A stretch of 64,000 bases of DNA from Bacteroidales bacterium (GCA_024691765.1 JAILNI010000047.1:8739-72738); one strand, 5' to 3'. Counted from the stretch's first letter, positions 28,971 to 38,964 are shown. Notes: a model not told the origin generated them from the sequence alone. Made by a program: numbers and translations.

Positions 28971-30216
28971 CAAAAAGTTCGACGTGGACTACACCACCAG
29001 GCCGGTGGACCGCGCAGGTCGCAAATCCACCCTCAGCATGTTCATGATAATGCTGGGCTTCACCTTCTTCTCGGCCAGCATGTGGGTTGGCCAGAACCTC
29101 GCCGCCGGGCTCGACTGGTGGGGTTTCATCTGGGCAATGCTTCTCGGCGGCCTCATCCTGGCCGCATACACCGGAGCCCTCGGCTGGATAGGCGCGGAAA
29201 GCGGCCTGTCTCTCGACATGCTCGCACGCCGCAGTTTCGGCACCAAGGGCAGCTGGCTCCCCAGCGCGATGATCAGCTTTACGCAGATAGGCTGGTTCGG
29301 CGTCGGACTCGCCATGTTCGCCATCCCGGTAGCCAAGGAACTCATGGGTCTTGAAGTCACCCCCGACAGCATGCCCTGGCAGGGATACCTGCTTGTCGCG
29401 ATTGCCGGCATACTCATGACCGCCAGTGCCTACTTCGGCATAAAGAGCCTTACCATAATCAGTTACATCGCCGTTCCTGCGGTAGCCATACTCGGCACCG
29501 TTGCCATGGTGATGGCCGTACGGCGCGGAGACGCAGGCCTGATCGAGCAGTTCTCGCGCGGGGCAAAGGATCTTGGAGTCATCGCGGGAGCGGGCCTCGT
29601 GGTAGGCAGCTTCGTCTCGGGAGGTACGGCCACGCCCAACTTCACACGCTTCGCCAAGAGCGGGTGGGCCGGCCTCATCACCACCGTGATCGCCTTCTTC
29701 GTAGGCAACTCGCTGATGTTCCTCTTCGGCGCGGTCTCCAGCATCTACGCCGGAGGCAACGACATCTTCGAGGTGATGCTCAACCTCAACCTGTTCTACG
29801 TGGCCGTGCTGGTACTCGGACTGAACATCTGGACCACCAACGACAACGCCCTCTACACCGGCGGGCTCGGTCTCTCGAACATCTTCGGCCTTTCCAAGAA
29901 GACCATGGTGCTGATTGCCGGCGTCATCGGAACCCTGGCGGCCGTGTGGCTCTACTGGAACTTCTGCGGCTGGCTGAACGTGCTCAACTGCACCCTGCCG
30001 CCCGTGGGCATCATCCTCATTATCAGCTACTTTACCAACCGTAAGGAATACCTCGACGGCAGCGCCCCTGAAAAGGTGGTGAACTGGTGGGCCATCGCCG
30101 GCGTCGTACTCGGTGCCGTGGTAGCCAACCTCGTAAAGTGGGGCTTCCCGGCAATCAACGGCATGGCGGTGGCGGCCCTCTGCTACCTCTGCGGGAAGAT
30201 TGCCTGCAGGAAGTAA
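28963..30216 (+). CDS. codB: Cytosine permease (NCS1 family)
   Basis: MLGFTFFSASM, TQIGWFGVG and LNIWTTNDNALY. Confidence 0.9.
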   Translation: MSNKKFDVDYTTRPVDRAGRKSTLSMFMIMLGFTFFSASMWVGQNLAAGLDWWGFIWAMLLGGLILAAYTGALGWIGAESGLSLDMLARRSFGTKGSWLPSAMISFTQIGWFGVGLAMFAIPVAKELMGLEVTPDSMPWQGYLLVAIAGILMTASAYFGIKSLTIISYIAVPAVAILGTVAMVMAVRRGDAGLIEQFSRGAKDLGVIAGAGLVVGSFVSGGTATPNFTRFAKSGWAGLITTVIAFFVGNSLMFLFGAVSSIYAGGNDIFEVMLNLNLFYVAVLVLGLNIWTTNDNALYTGGLGLSNIFGLSKKTMVLIAGVIGTLAAVWLYWNFCGWLNVLNCTLPPVGIILIISYFTNRKEYLDGSAPEKVVNWWAIAGVVLGAVVANLVKWGFPAINGMAVAALCYLCGKIACRK

Positions 30217-30266
30217 CAAAAAATTCTTACCTTTGCACGTTTTTCGGCGGAAGCTTCCGCCGGAAG

Positions 30267-30350
30267 GCCCGAGTGGCGGAATGGTAGACGCGCTGGACTC
30301 AAAATCCTGTGTCCTCAAAAGACGTGTGGGTTCGATTCCCACCTCGGGCA
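30267..30350 (+). tRNA. tRNA-Leu(CAA)
   Basis: GCCCGAG...CTCGGGC-A acceptor stem, CTCAAAA anticodon loop, GGTTCGATTCC. Confidence 0.94.
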
Positions 30351-30352
30351 CA

Positions 30353-30389
30353 AAATAAAGGCATCGCGGTAAGCGACGCCTTTATTTTT
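30353..30389 (+). terminator. Intrinsic terminator after tRNA-Leu(CAA)
   Basis: AAATAAAGGCATCGC-ggtaa-GCGACGCCTTTATTT then a T-tract. Confidence 0.7.
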
Positions 30390-30542
30390 TCAGTTGTCCG
30401 TTTTCGTCGGACAACTGTAAAGTTACCCAAGTGTCCGAAATAAGCAGACGGTTCATTTCTTCTTGCCAGGCTTGTAGCCATCAACAAGATCACTGGTTTT
30501 TACGCTGGGATCCAACTCGTTTCCTCCGGAATCATTTAAATA

Positions 30543-30884
30543 TTACTCCTTTGAGAAGGGAGCATTACTGTAGCCGGAAACACAACTTAACGCCGATTTC
30601 ACGAGGTCTATCCCGAGGACGGACTCAATTCTCCAAATGCTTTCCAAACTCAGGTTCTCCTGCCCTTTCAGCACTTTCGATATGTACTGTTGTGAGCAGT
30701 TCATTCTTTCTGCCAGCGCCGTCTGGGTAATATGCAATTCTTCCATCCTCGACATCATCCGGATGGCAATATATTGGGAATAACGCAACCAGCCCCAGTT
30801 GGCCTGACGCCACTCGGCTTCCTCTCTCCAGCGCGATGGTGTTGGAGATTGATGCGACTTCAAGAAATCCAATACCTTATCCAT
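30543..30884 (-). CDS. XRE-family HTH protein (HigA-like orphan antitoxin)
   Basis: ITQTALAERMNCSQQYISKVLKGQENLSLESI. Confidence 0.85.
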   Translation of the reverse strand: MDKVLDFLKSHQSPTPSRWREEAEWRQANWGWLRYSQYIAIRMMSRMEELHITQTALAERMNCSQQYISKVLKGQENLSLESIWRIESVLGIDLVKSALSCVSGYSNAPFSKE

Positions 30885-31082
30885 TTTAGTCTGACTGCCC
30901 ATAAATTGTCCGGTACGATAGCGTCAAAGGTCATAATCTTTACTTTCTGCAAAGATAGCACTTTTGGATATTACAACCAATAGGTAGTAAAAATACGGTA
31001 GTAAGCCCTAAAACTCCATGGTTAGGGGTACAAAAAAAGAGAGCTCCCGTGAGCCCTCTGTTTTTCATTTCTATTTGCCGGG

Positions 31083-32378
31083 TTAGTCGCCATCCGCGCC
31101 GGCCTGACTGATTTTCACCGTCGCCGAAACCGGAGTGGAACCTGCGCCGACCACCCGTGCGAACGGCGCTCCGGCTGGAAGGAAGTAAGCCGTGGCGGAG
31201 TCGGGGTTCAGGTACATGTCGTAAGTGCCGGCAGCCAGCTTGAGGTTGCCGCCGCCCTGCATAAGGGGTACCGCGACATTGGAGGATACCGTGGTGGTAT
31301 TGTTATCCGCACCCCCGAAGTTGACGGCCCCGTCCTTGTCGCGACGGAACTTGAATTCGTCGGAAGACGACACCGTGATGCCGGCAGCGACGTGCCAGGT
31401 GCCGTCGGTCGACATCTCTATATCCGTGGTCCAAGCATCTCCCCCTATGGTGCCGATCACGCCCCAGGGGCTGTCCTGGGAATAATCGGCCTCCGGCTCT
31501 TCCGATTTGACGTAGAAGATAATCTCGCATTCGCGGACTTCATTGCCGGTATTCGGCTCTACCACAAAATCGTAGAAGCGGGTTCCTAAAGATTTTATGA
31601 CGACCTGACTGACCCACGGCAGGGAGATAAACACGTCGAGCTCCATGTTGGCCGCCGCCTCAATACTCACGTTTCCTCCGTTCGCACCTATCTCATACAG
31701 GGTCTGGGCAATGATGAGCGCGTTTTTCTGCATCTGCGTAACGGTAACCGTGGCCTCCAGGCCGTTCGCCTCGTTCCTGAAGCTGATCGTGCCCTCCCTC
31801 TGGTCCGGGCTGTCGTTGGCAGTCGCCTGGAAGGTGTAGCTGTTCGTGCACGTCGAGCTTATACTCACCTCGCTCAGCCATTCGGCACCGGCTGTGATGG
31901 CCATGGTAACGTCGACGTTGGCGTCCACGTCTACCGTGAAGGTTCCCCCTTCGGTCCCAATTGATACCTTGTCGGTAGACAGACTGATGGAGGGAGTCTG
32001 CGTGAGGGCGTCCTTCTGCTTCTGCGTCACCGTGACGGAAGCGCTCGCCTTGCCGCAGGTGAGACGCACCACGGCGCTGCGGTCGTCCGTGTCGGGATTC
32101 TCTCCGGCAGAAACCGTTATGCTACCCTCGTCCTTGCTCCCCGAGGACGGGCTGACGTCCAGCCATGAACCGCGGTCGTTGGCCAATGCCGCCGTCCAGT
32201 CTCCGCTCGCGGAGAAGGTAATCGTTGCCGATCCTCCTTCGACGGGAAGGGTGATGCCGGCAGGGGAACTCAGGGTAATAGTGTCTTTCCTGGAAGGTTC
32301 CGGTTGCGGCTCTTCTTCGGGCGTGGTGCAGGAGAACACGGCAAGGAAGCCGGCGATGGCGAAGATGACCCGTTTCAT
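31083..32378 (-). CDS. BACON-repeat lipoprotein with inserted SusE/F-like carbohydrate-binding module
   Basis: Lipobox FSC; three BACON-like repeats (W...N...R...VTVTQ); WGVIG...EFKFR...NFGG...GTYD module. Confidence 0.75.
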   Translation of the reverse strand: MKRVIFAIAGFLAVFSCTTPEEEPQPEPSRKDTITLSSPAGITLPVEGGSATITFSASGDWTAALANDRGSWLDVSPSSGSKDEGSITVSAGENPDTDDRSAVVRLTCGKASASVTVTQKQKDALTQTPSISLSTDKVSIGTEGGTFTVDVDANVDVTMAITAGAEWLSEVSISSTCTNSYTFQATANDSPDQREGTISFRNEANGLEATVTVTQMQKNALIIAQTLYEIGANGGNVSIEAAANMELDVFISLPWVSQVVIKSLGTRFYDFVVEPNTGNEVRECEIIFYVKSEEPEADYSQDSPWGVIGTIGGDAWTTDIEMSTDGTWHVAAGITVSSSDEFKFRRDKDGAVNFGGADNNTTTVSSNVAVPLMQGGGNLKLAAGTYDMYLNPDSATAYFLPAGAPFARVVGAGSTPVSATVKISQAGADGD

Positions 32379-32405
32379 GGCGGGGGGCTTTTTATGGCTT
32401 CAGGA

Positions 32406-32948
32406 TTACTTACGGGTCCAGACCCATCCTTCTCCGCCGGGTTCACTGGCGGTATTGCCCTTCACGACGAAGCCGATGGTATAGTCGCGCTCGAGGCCGA
32501 ACCACTTGGTCGCCTCTTCCTCATCATAGCCTCCCTCTTCCCTGGGCCAGCGCTCGGTGAACTTGTAGGTGAGCGGGGAAATATTCGGATCGTCGTACGG
32601 AATCACCTCCACCCAGTGGAAGTTCTCCAGCTTGGTCATATCCTTGGGGAAGGCGGCCGAACCGGTGGAGTAGAATTTGGTGAAGTGCATGTTGAGCTGG
32701 CCGGCCTTCTCGTCGTATGTATAGGTGCCGACATAACGTTCACCCCAGGCGCACATCTGCAGGTCGCATTTGTCTCCCTTAATAATGAGGGCCATGCGGA
32801 TGTCTGCGGTCGGCTTGTCATCCAAATCGGTCCTGTAGGAAATCCAGGTGCCTTCGAGCGTACCGGCCTGGCTGTCGTCATTACCCTGGTTGCAGGAGAC
32901 TGCGAAAATCGCCGTCAGGGCAACAAATAAACAAAGCAGTTTTTTCAT
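32406..32948 (-). CDS. Hypothetical lipoprotein (lipocalin-like LEGTW start)
   Basis: Lipobox AVSC followed by LEGTW. Confidence 0.7.
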   Translation of the reverse strand: MKKLLCLFVALTAIFAVSCNQGNDDSQAGTLEGTWISYRTDLDDKPTADIRMALIIKGDKCDLQMCAWGERYVGTYTYDEKAGQLNMHFTKFYSTGSAAFPKDMTKLENFHWVEVIPYDDPNISPLTYKFTERWPREEGGYDEEEATKWFGLERDYTIGFVVKGNTASEPGGEGWVWTRK

Positions 32949-33056
32949 AACAATAAAGTTGTAAACTTCACAAATATAGTATTTTATTCGAAACATACTC
33001 CGTTTTGCTTAATTCCTGGTCTTTTGCTACCTTTGTAGAACTAAAACTGCAGAAAG

Positions 33057-33641
33057 ATGAAAAAGCTGATAACCGTTATTCTCCTGCTTGCACTGGCAGC
33101 GCCGGTGTTCGCACAGCAACACGACGAATCCAAATGGACGGTAAGGGGTTCTGTCGGATACTTCCCCTCGGTTCCCGTGGTGACCTCCCTTTTCGGAGCG
33201 ATATTCGTGGGAATCGCAGTCGCAGCCAATGAAGATGCTAACGAAACCCTCGACATCGAAATCCCGCCGTATTTCGCACTCGATGCCATGTACAATTTCG
33301 ACTACCGCTGGTCTGCCGGCATAAGCACCGGATACACCGGCTGCGCCTGGAAGGTTGTGGACAAAGACGATCACAGCGATGTCCATTCGGTTTCCTACCT
33401 CACCTTCGTTCCGCTAAACATCGTAGGGCGTTGCAACTACCTCAACCGTCCGGCAGTCAAGCTCTACGGCTCACTGGAGGCCGGTGTTCTCATGTCCATC
33501 GACAAGGAACTTCAGGTGGCTCCCAACGTCCAGCTCAATCCCATAGGCGTGGAGTTCGGCCGCAAGCTCTTCGGAATGGTCGAACTCGGTGTCGGCATGA
33601 ACTACACCGGCGGCCGCATCGGTCTTGGGTATAAGTTCTAA
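33057..33641 (+). CDS. Outer-membrane beta-barrel protein
   Basis: Signal peptide; QLNPIGVEFG; C-terminal GLGYKF. Confidence 0.75.
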   Translation: MKKLITVILLLALAAPVFAQQHDESKWTVRGSVGYFPSVPVVTSLFGAIFVGIAVAANEDANETLDIEIPPYFALDAMYNFDYRWSAGISTGYTGCAWKVVDKDDHSDVHSVSYLTFVPLNIVGRCNYLNRPAVKLYGSLEAGVLMSIDKELQVAPNVQLNPIGVEFGRKLFGMVELGVGMNYTGGRIGLGYKF

Positions 33642-33647
33642 ACCAGG

Positions 33648-33736
33648 GACCTAACACGTTTACCGCCGTTTCTGTGTTCACCCCCAGGTCTTGATCCCGG
33701 GGGTGAACACGTTTTTGGTCCTTTTCGTGTTAGGTC
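33648..33736 (-). repeat. 89-bp palindromic REP/REPIN-like element, copy 1
   Basis: GACCTAACACG...TGTGTTCACCCCC-loop-GGGGGTGAACACG...CGTGTTAGGTC, between convergent genes. Confidence 0.9.
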
Positions 33737-33745
33737 TCCTTTAAG

Positions 33746-35014
33746 CTATCCGATAATCCAGCGGCCGAGTTTGGGGATGCGCTGAAGGAGCACCGAAACT
33801 ATGGCGCTGGCGAGGAAAGCCAGGACTGCGGCGGCAAGGATTTCCACGGGGGTGGTCCATATTCCAAGCACTCCATCGTTACCTGTGCCCAGCCAGCCGC
33901 GGAAAAGGCCGGAAAGCTGCACCAGGATAGCCAGATGCATGAGGTACATGCCGTAACTGGCTTTGGATACCGGCAGCAGCACCCGACGGTAGAAGCGCGA
34001 GTCTGTGGGTTGAGCCTGGGCTGGTGCTTCGTTCACGGAGGCCCCTGTGGTAGTGGAAGCTGGTGATTCGGCTGAGTCTCCTGCCGCCTCTCCCGGGCCA
34101 ATCTTCCGGAACAGCAGCAAGAGGCCGAGCGTCATGGCGGCGACACCTATCGTGTCGTTGCACCAGCAGGTCTCCCAGCTCACGGCCATGGTCAGATCCC
34201 CGGCGGCCGGGAAACTCCCTACCGAAAACACCCTGCGAAGGAAATCCCCGTATGCCAGGGCAAAGCCTCCGAGCCAGCATGGAATGGCGATGGCCAAGGT
34301 GCGGCGCCACGACAGTTCCGGCACGAAACGACGGAAATACAGCCCCAGAAGCAGGTACCCGATAACCCCGCTGACATAATAGAAAGTGCCGTAGCCGTTC
34401 CAACTCGCCTCACCCCAGAGCGGATAAAGCGCCTGCCGGGGAATGCCGGTGGGGCCGTAAACAAGCACCGGACTGCCGGAAAGAAGCTCGCGCAGCAGGG
34501 GAATCAGCGTGGTGAAGAGCCAGATGCCGAGATAAACCAGCAGCTCCTTTTTCCCGACCTTCGACGCCCATGGCGAGAGCAGCGGCATCACCAGATACAA
34601 CCCTATCAGCATGTAAATGAACCAGAGGTGGCCCGCCGCATAGTTGAAATTCAGCAGCAGGTCGCGCAGGTTCTCCACGGGTTTCCCCCAGATGAGGGCA
34701 TAGAAAACCGACCAGAACGCGAACGGAATCAGTATTCGCACGGCCCTGCGGCGGAAAAACTCTCCTACAGGGTAATGAAGCGGGAACTGCAGATAGCTGG
34801 AAGCCACTATGAAGAGCGGAACGCAGCAGCGCACCAGGCAGTCGAAAAAGCCCGCCCAGAAAGCGTCGGCTTTGGTGAGGATGAGCGCACCGTCTCCGCC
34901 CAGATAGAAGGGTTCGGTACTGTGGACCAGCATCACCATGAAGCAGGCCGACACGCGCATCCAGTCGAGCCAGATTTCACGGCTTTCCTGTTTGGGGGGT
35001 AAAGTATTATCCAT
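33746..35014 (-). CDS. Acyltransferase family 3 (polysaccharide O-acyltransferase-like)
   Basis: WLDWMRVSACFMVMLVH, VPLF, HLWFIY and SYGMYLMH. Confidence 0.88.
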   Translation of the reverse strand: MDNTLPPKQESREIWLDWMRVSACFMVMLVHSTEPFYLGGDGALILTKADAFWAGFFDCLVRCCVPLFIVASSYLQFPLHYPVGEFFRRRAVRILIPFAFWSVFYALIWGKPVENLRDLLLNFNYAAGHLWFIYMLIGLYLVMPLLSPWASKVGKKELLVYLGIWLFTTLIPLLRELLSGSPVLVYGPTGIPRQALYPLWGEASWNGYGTFYYVSGVIGYLLLGLYFRRFVPELSWRRTLAIAIPCWLGGFALAYGDFLRRVFSVGSFPAAGDLTMAVSWETCWCNDTIGVAAMTLGLLLLFRKIGPGEAAGDSAESPASTTTGASVNEAPAQAQPTDSRFYRRVLLPVSKASYGMYLMHLAILVQLSGLFRGWLGTGNDGVLGIWTTPVEILAAAVLAFLASAIVSVLLQRIPKLGRWIIG

Positions 35015-35024
35015 TGATTAGTCG

Positions 35025-37067
35025 CTAATAATCAAACAGTTCCCAGAATTCCGGGAAGGATTTCGCCACGCAGGCGGCATCGTCCATCTCTACGGGAGAA
35101 TCCGCTCCCATTGATGCGACCTTCAGCGCCATGGCGATACGGTGGTCTCCGTGGGTGGCGAAGGATCCGCCTTTCAGCAGATGCCCGTTCAGAAGGCGGG
35201 AAGCGAGGGTCTCGCCGGTGATGAAGAGGTCGTCGCCGTCGATTCGGGCAGCAACGCCGAAGGCGGAGAGCATCTCCATGATGGCGCTCGCACGGTCGCT
35301 TTCCTTCCCATGCAGGCGGTCGACTCCGTGCAGGACCGTTTCGCCGTCGCAGAAGGCGGCCAGAACCGAGCAGATGGGGAAGATGTCGGGAGAGTTGGCC
35401 AGGTCGGCCTCGAAGCCTTCGAGCGGAGCCTTGCTGACGCAGACGTTGCACAAAGCCGTTGCGGAAGCGGCACCGCCGTCGCGTCCGGGGGCGTCTTCAT
35501 CTACCGGAACCTCCGACACCACGGCACCGGCCTGCACGAGGATATCGGCAATGGCCAGATCTGCCTGAAGGCTGTCGGTGTTGAGGCCGCCAACCTCCGC
35601 TTTTCCGAAGATGGCGCCGGCCACGAGGAAGTTCGCCGCGGCGCTCCAGTCGCCTTCGAGTTCCATGTCGGCAGCCTTGTAGCCCTGGCCGCCCTTGATG
35701 CTGAAACTGATCTGGCTGCAACCGCTCCAGTCCTGCTCCTCGAGCATGCGCTCGTCGCCTTCCATCTCCGATTTGACTCGCACCCCGAACTTGCGGAGTA
35801 TGTCTTCGGTGATGAACATGTATGGAATGCTCTTCGGCTCTGATATATAAAGGGTTGAGTTCTTGCTGCAGAGCGGAAGGGCGGTCAGCAGGCCGCTGAT
35901 GATCTGCGAGCCGTCCTGCCCGGAGATGTCGGCATTGCCGGGGATGAGGGGAGGGGCGACGGTGATGGGAACGCGCTCGCTGCGGATGGGAACACCGAAC
36001 GCCGCCATGACATTCTGCACGCCTTTAAGCGGCCGGCGGAGAAGGGTTTTCTCGCCGCTTATGGCGACCGGGCGGTCGTTGATCGCCGCCATCAGCGGTA
36101 TGCAGAGGCGGGTAAGGAGCCCGGATTCGCCAGTATGCAGGGTTGAGAGCGTCGTCGCCTTCCGGCCTGCGGACATCCCGTCGATAGTGAGGGTATACGG
36201 GCCGCTTTCGTTGCCGTTGTCACTTGTGTTTTCGCGGCGGACCGTCGCACCGAGGGCCTTAGCTACCGCAATGGCAGATTCGCTGTCTTCGCAGGGGGTG
36301 TATCCGTGCAGATGCGAACGGCCTTCGGCGAGCGCGGCGCAGATGATGGCGCGCTGGGCGAAGCTCTTCGAGCATGGCATGGGGAGGTCGCCGCCGACGC
36401 GCCAGAAGCCGCGGAATCCGCCGTAGACCAGACGGTGCATTTCGGTATAGGGATACTGGCCCGGAGCCTGCGGAGAAGCGGCGGCCTCTTCCAGAGCGGC
36501 GTAGCTGAACGGGGCGCCGAGGCGGAGGCACTCCAGGCGGGAGGTCCTGCCGGCCTCGCCCATCGCGAACGCCACGAGAGGCTTACGCTCTTCGGATTCG
36601 TAAAGACTGAGGACTTTGGTGCAGTCTTCGGGGCAGGTTGCGGTGGTTACTATTTTTGCGATGTCTGCGCCGTAGCGGTAGCAGCGCGCAAGGACCTGCT
36701 GCAGGTATTCGGGTGACGGGGTGGCGGAGAAGTCGTGCCAGGAGCGGATGATTTCGGTGCCGCATTCATGGCAGAGGTCGCGGAAGCGCTTGCTCCAGCC
36801 GGCGTCGGCCTCCAGTTCAAGGTCGGCGAAGCGCGCCCCTGCCTGGATGGCAAGCGTCATGCGACGCTCCGCCTCGGCGGGAGTTATGCCCCGGTCGGCC
36901 CGGCATGTCGCGATGAGAGGAGTGTCGGTGTTCGCGAAGAGGTCCTCAATCTCGTCGTCGGAAAGCTCGCAGAGGTCCAGGCGGATTTCCGCAAGCTCGA
37001 TCCAAGGGTCGTCCAGCAGGGCGAGGATCTCCTCGTAAGTCTTTCCTTGTATAACTGTCGCTATCAT
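35025..37067 (-). CDS. aroA: Fused type I 3-dehydroquinate dehydratase (AroD) + EPSP synthase (AroA)
   Basis: N-terminal EIRLD, SWHDF, ADIAKI, APGQ; C-terminal SKSFAQRA, GESGL, KESDR, DHRIAM, KSFPEFW. Confidence 0.88.
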   Translation of the reverse strand: MIATVIQGKTYEEILALLDDPWIELAEIRLDLCELSDDEIEDLFANTDTPLIATCRADRGITPAEAERRMTLAIQAGARFADLELEADAGWSKRFRDLCHECGTEIIRSWHDFSATPSPEYLQQVLARCYRYGADIAKIVTTATCPEDCTKVLSLYESEERKPLVAFAMGEAGRTSRLECLRLGAPFSYAALEEAAASPQAPGQYPYTEMHRLVYGGFRGFWRVGGDLPMPCSKSFAQRAIICAALAEGRSHLHGYTPCEDSESAIAVAKALGATVRRENTSDNGNESGPYTLTIDGMSAGRKATTLSTLHTGESGLLTRLCIPLMAAINDRPVAISGEKTLLRRPLKGVQNVMAAFGVPIRSERVPITVAPPLIPGNADISGQDGSQIISGLLTALPLCSKNSTLYISEPKSIPYMFITEDILRKFGVRVKSEMEGDERMLEEQDWSGCSQISFSIKGGQGYKAADMELEGDWSAAANFLVAGAIFGKAEVGGLNTDSLQADLAIADILVQAGAVVSEVPVDEDAPGRDGGAASATALCNVCVSKAPLEGFEADLANSPDIFPICSVLAAFCDGETVLHGVDRLHGKESDRASAIMEMLSAFGVAARIDGDDLFITGETLASRLLNGHLLKGGSFATHGDHRIAMALKVASMGADSPVEMDDAACVAKSFPEFWELFDY

Positions 37068-37711
37068 CTGTTCTGTTCCGTCAAGCCGGCGTGGTGTTGC
37101 TGCGCGGCTGGCGCGGCGTCCTTGTCGGCAATCTCTATGAAATCCGGGCTTATGGTGGCCGTGACGACGCTCGCTACGAAGGGAATCTCCACCATCACCC
37201 TGCGTCCGCGTCCGCCGGCAAGGCGAACGAAGGTTCCCTCAACCCCCTCGAATTCACCGCTGATGATGCGCACCTTAGTGCCCTTCTCCAGGGAGACGCT
37301 GCCCGGAAGCAGCACCCTTACCTTGTCGTTCTCCGATTCGCACACGCGGCGGAAATCAGCCATCTGGGAGGCGGGCACCACGATGGGAACGTTCTTCCCT
37401 TCATTCACCATGGTGCGGTACTGAAGGTAGCCGATGCGGCGCTTGACCTCGTCTATGCGGCTGCGGCGGTCGAATACGAAGATGAGGTTGTGCAGCACCG
37501 GTACCAGCATGCGCTGCTTTATCCGCCCCCTTTTGACCACCTCGTAACGCATTGGCACCCAACACTCTACGCTGAACCCCGAAAGGGCTTCCCTGGCCTT
37601 GAGTTCGCGACAGTAGGGAGCGCTCATGGCGTACCACGCGGGCTGCTCTTCCTCCGGCTGAATCCGGCGGGCCAGCCTGCGCTCTTCGTCCACTATCACT
37701 ATCTTGTCCAT
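37064..37711 (-). CDS. upxY: UpxY-family transcription antiterminator (NusG paralogue)
   Basis: WYAM...ECWVPM...PVLHNLIFV; KOW motif KGTKVRIISGEFEGVEG. Confidence 0.85.
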   Translation of the reverse strand: MDKIVIVDEERRLARRIQPEEEQPAWYAMSAPYCRELKAREALSGFSVECWVPMRYEVVKRGRIKQRMLVPVLHNLIFVFDRRSRIDEVKRRIGYLQYRTMVNEGKNVPIVVPASQMADFRRVCESENDKVRVLLPGSVSLEKGTKVRIISGEFEGVEGTFVRLAGGRGRRVMVEIPFVASVVTATISPDFIEIADKDAAPAAQQHHAGLTEQNR

Positions 37712-37770
37712 TGGGTACAAATATAGACAAAAATAAGCTATCTTTGCCCCCGGAAAACCACAGCGTAACA

Positions 37771-38964
37771 ATGAAACTGAAAAGCTCCAGGCGCTACATA
37801 GTCGAAGCCCTTGTCCTCCTCGCCATACTGGGGGTGACTTTCGGCATCCTCGGGCATTTCATGGGAGGCAAGAACCTGGTGCGCACCATCATGGCCACAG
37901 CTCACGACCTGCTGCTCAACACGGTCTTCTTCCTCATGGGAATCACCGTCCTGGCAGGTGCCCTGAGCAAGCTCCTGAGCGAGTTCGGAGTGGTGCAGCT
38001 GCTTGAAAAACTGCTGCGTCCGCTCATGAAACCGCTCTACCATCTGCCAGGAGTGGCGGCAATCGGGGCTGTAATGACCTTCCTTTCCGACAACCCGGCC
38101 ATCATTGCGCTGAGCAAGGACGGCAAGTTCGCGTCATACTTCAAAAAATACCAGCTGGTGAGCCTCACCAACTTCGGAACAGCCTTCGGAATGGGCCTGA
38201 TAGTGATACTCACGATGGTCACCTACGGTCAGCTTTCGGCCGCCCTGGTGGGCCTGGTGGGAGCAATCTGCGGCAGCATCATCTCGACCAGGCTGATGCA
38301 GAAGTTCACGCTTAAGAGTTTTCCGGAGCTTGATGCGCCTGCGGCGGAGTGGAACGGCAGCGAGGATGCGGAGGCGGACACCGCTACCCAGGCGGCAGTG
38401 GCGGCGCAGCCGGGAGTCATGGCCCCCGCGCGGTCTCCGCGCCGCGAATCCGTGTTCATGCGTTTCCTCAACGCCATCCTCGACGGTGGCAAGAGCGGCG
38501 TGGACCTCGGCCTGCAGATTATCCCCGGAGTGCTGATAATCACCACTTTCGTGCTTCTCATCACCTTCGGCCCCGGACCGTCCGGAGTGTACGACGGCAG
38601 CGCCTCCCAGGGAGTGCCCATCCTGCCCTGGCTGGCCGGAAAGGTGCACTGGATATTCGACTGGCTGCTCGGCTTCAAGGACATGCGCCTGCTGGCCTTC
38701 CCGATGACGGCCCTCGGAGCCGTGGGAGCCGCACTCGGGGTACTTCCCACCTTCAGCGCGGCAGGCATACTCGATGGCAACGCCATAGCTGTCTTCACCG
38801 CAATGGGAATGTGCTGGAGCGGATATCTGTCCACCCACACCGCCATGCTCGATTCGCTCGGATACCGCAAGCTTATAAGCAAGGCCATCTGGGCACACAC
38901 CATCGCCGGTTTCTGCGCGGGCGTGATTGCCCACTTCCTCTGGCTGCTGGTTTCGCTTCTGTAG
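37771..38964 (+). CDS. Nucleoside-recognition (gate) domain membrane protein
   Basis: Polytopic; TFLSDNPAII, NFGTAFGMGL and MCWSGYLSTH. Confidence 0.7.
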   Translation: MKLKSSRRYIVEALVLLAILGVTFGILGHFMGGKNLVRTIMATAHDLLLNTVFFLMGITVLAGALSKLLSEFGVVQLLEKLLRPLMKPLYHLPGVAAIGAVMTFLSDNPAIIALSKDGKFASYFKKYQLVSLTNFGTAFGMGLIVILTMVTYGQLSAALVGLVGAICGSIISTRLMQKFTLKSFPELDAPAAEWNGSEDAEADTATQAAVAAQPGVMAPARSPRRESVFMRFLNAILDGGKSGVDLGLQIIPGVLIITTFVLLITFGPGPSGVYDGSASQGVPILPWLAGKVHWIFDWLLGFKDMRLLAFPMTALGAVGAALGVLPTFSAAGILDGNAIAVFTAMGMCWSGYLSTHTAMLDSLGYRKLISKAIWAHTIAGFCAGVIAHFLWLLVSLL

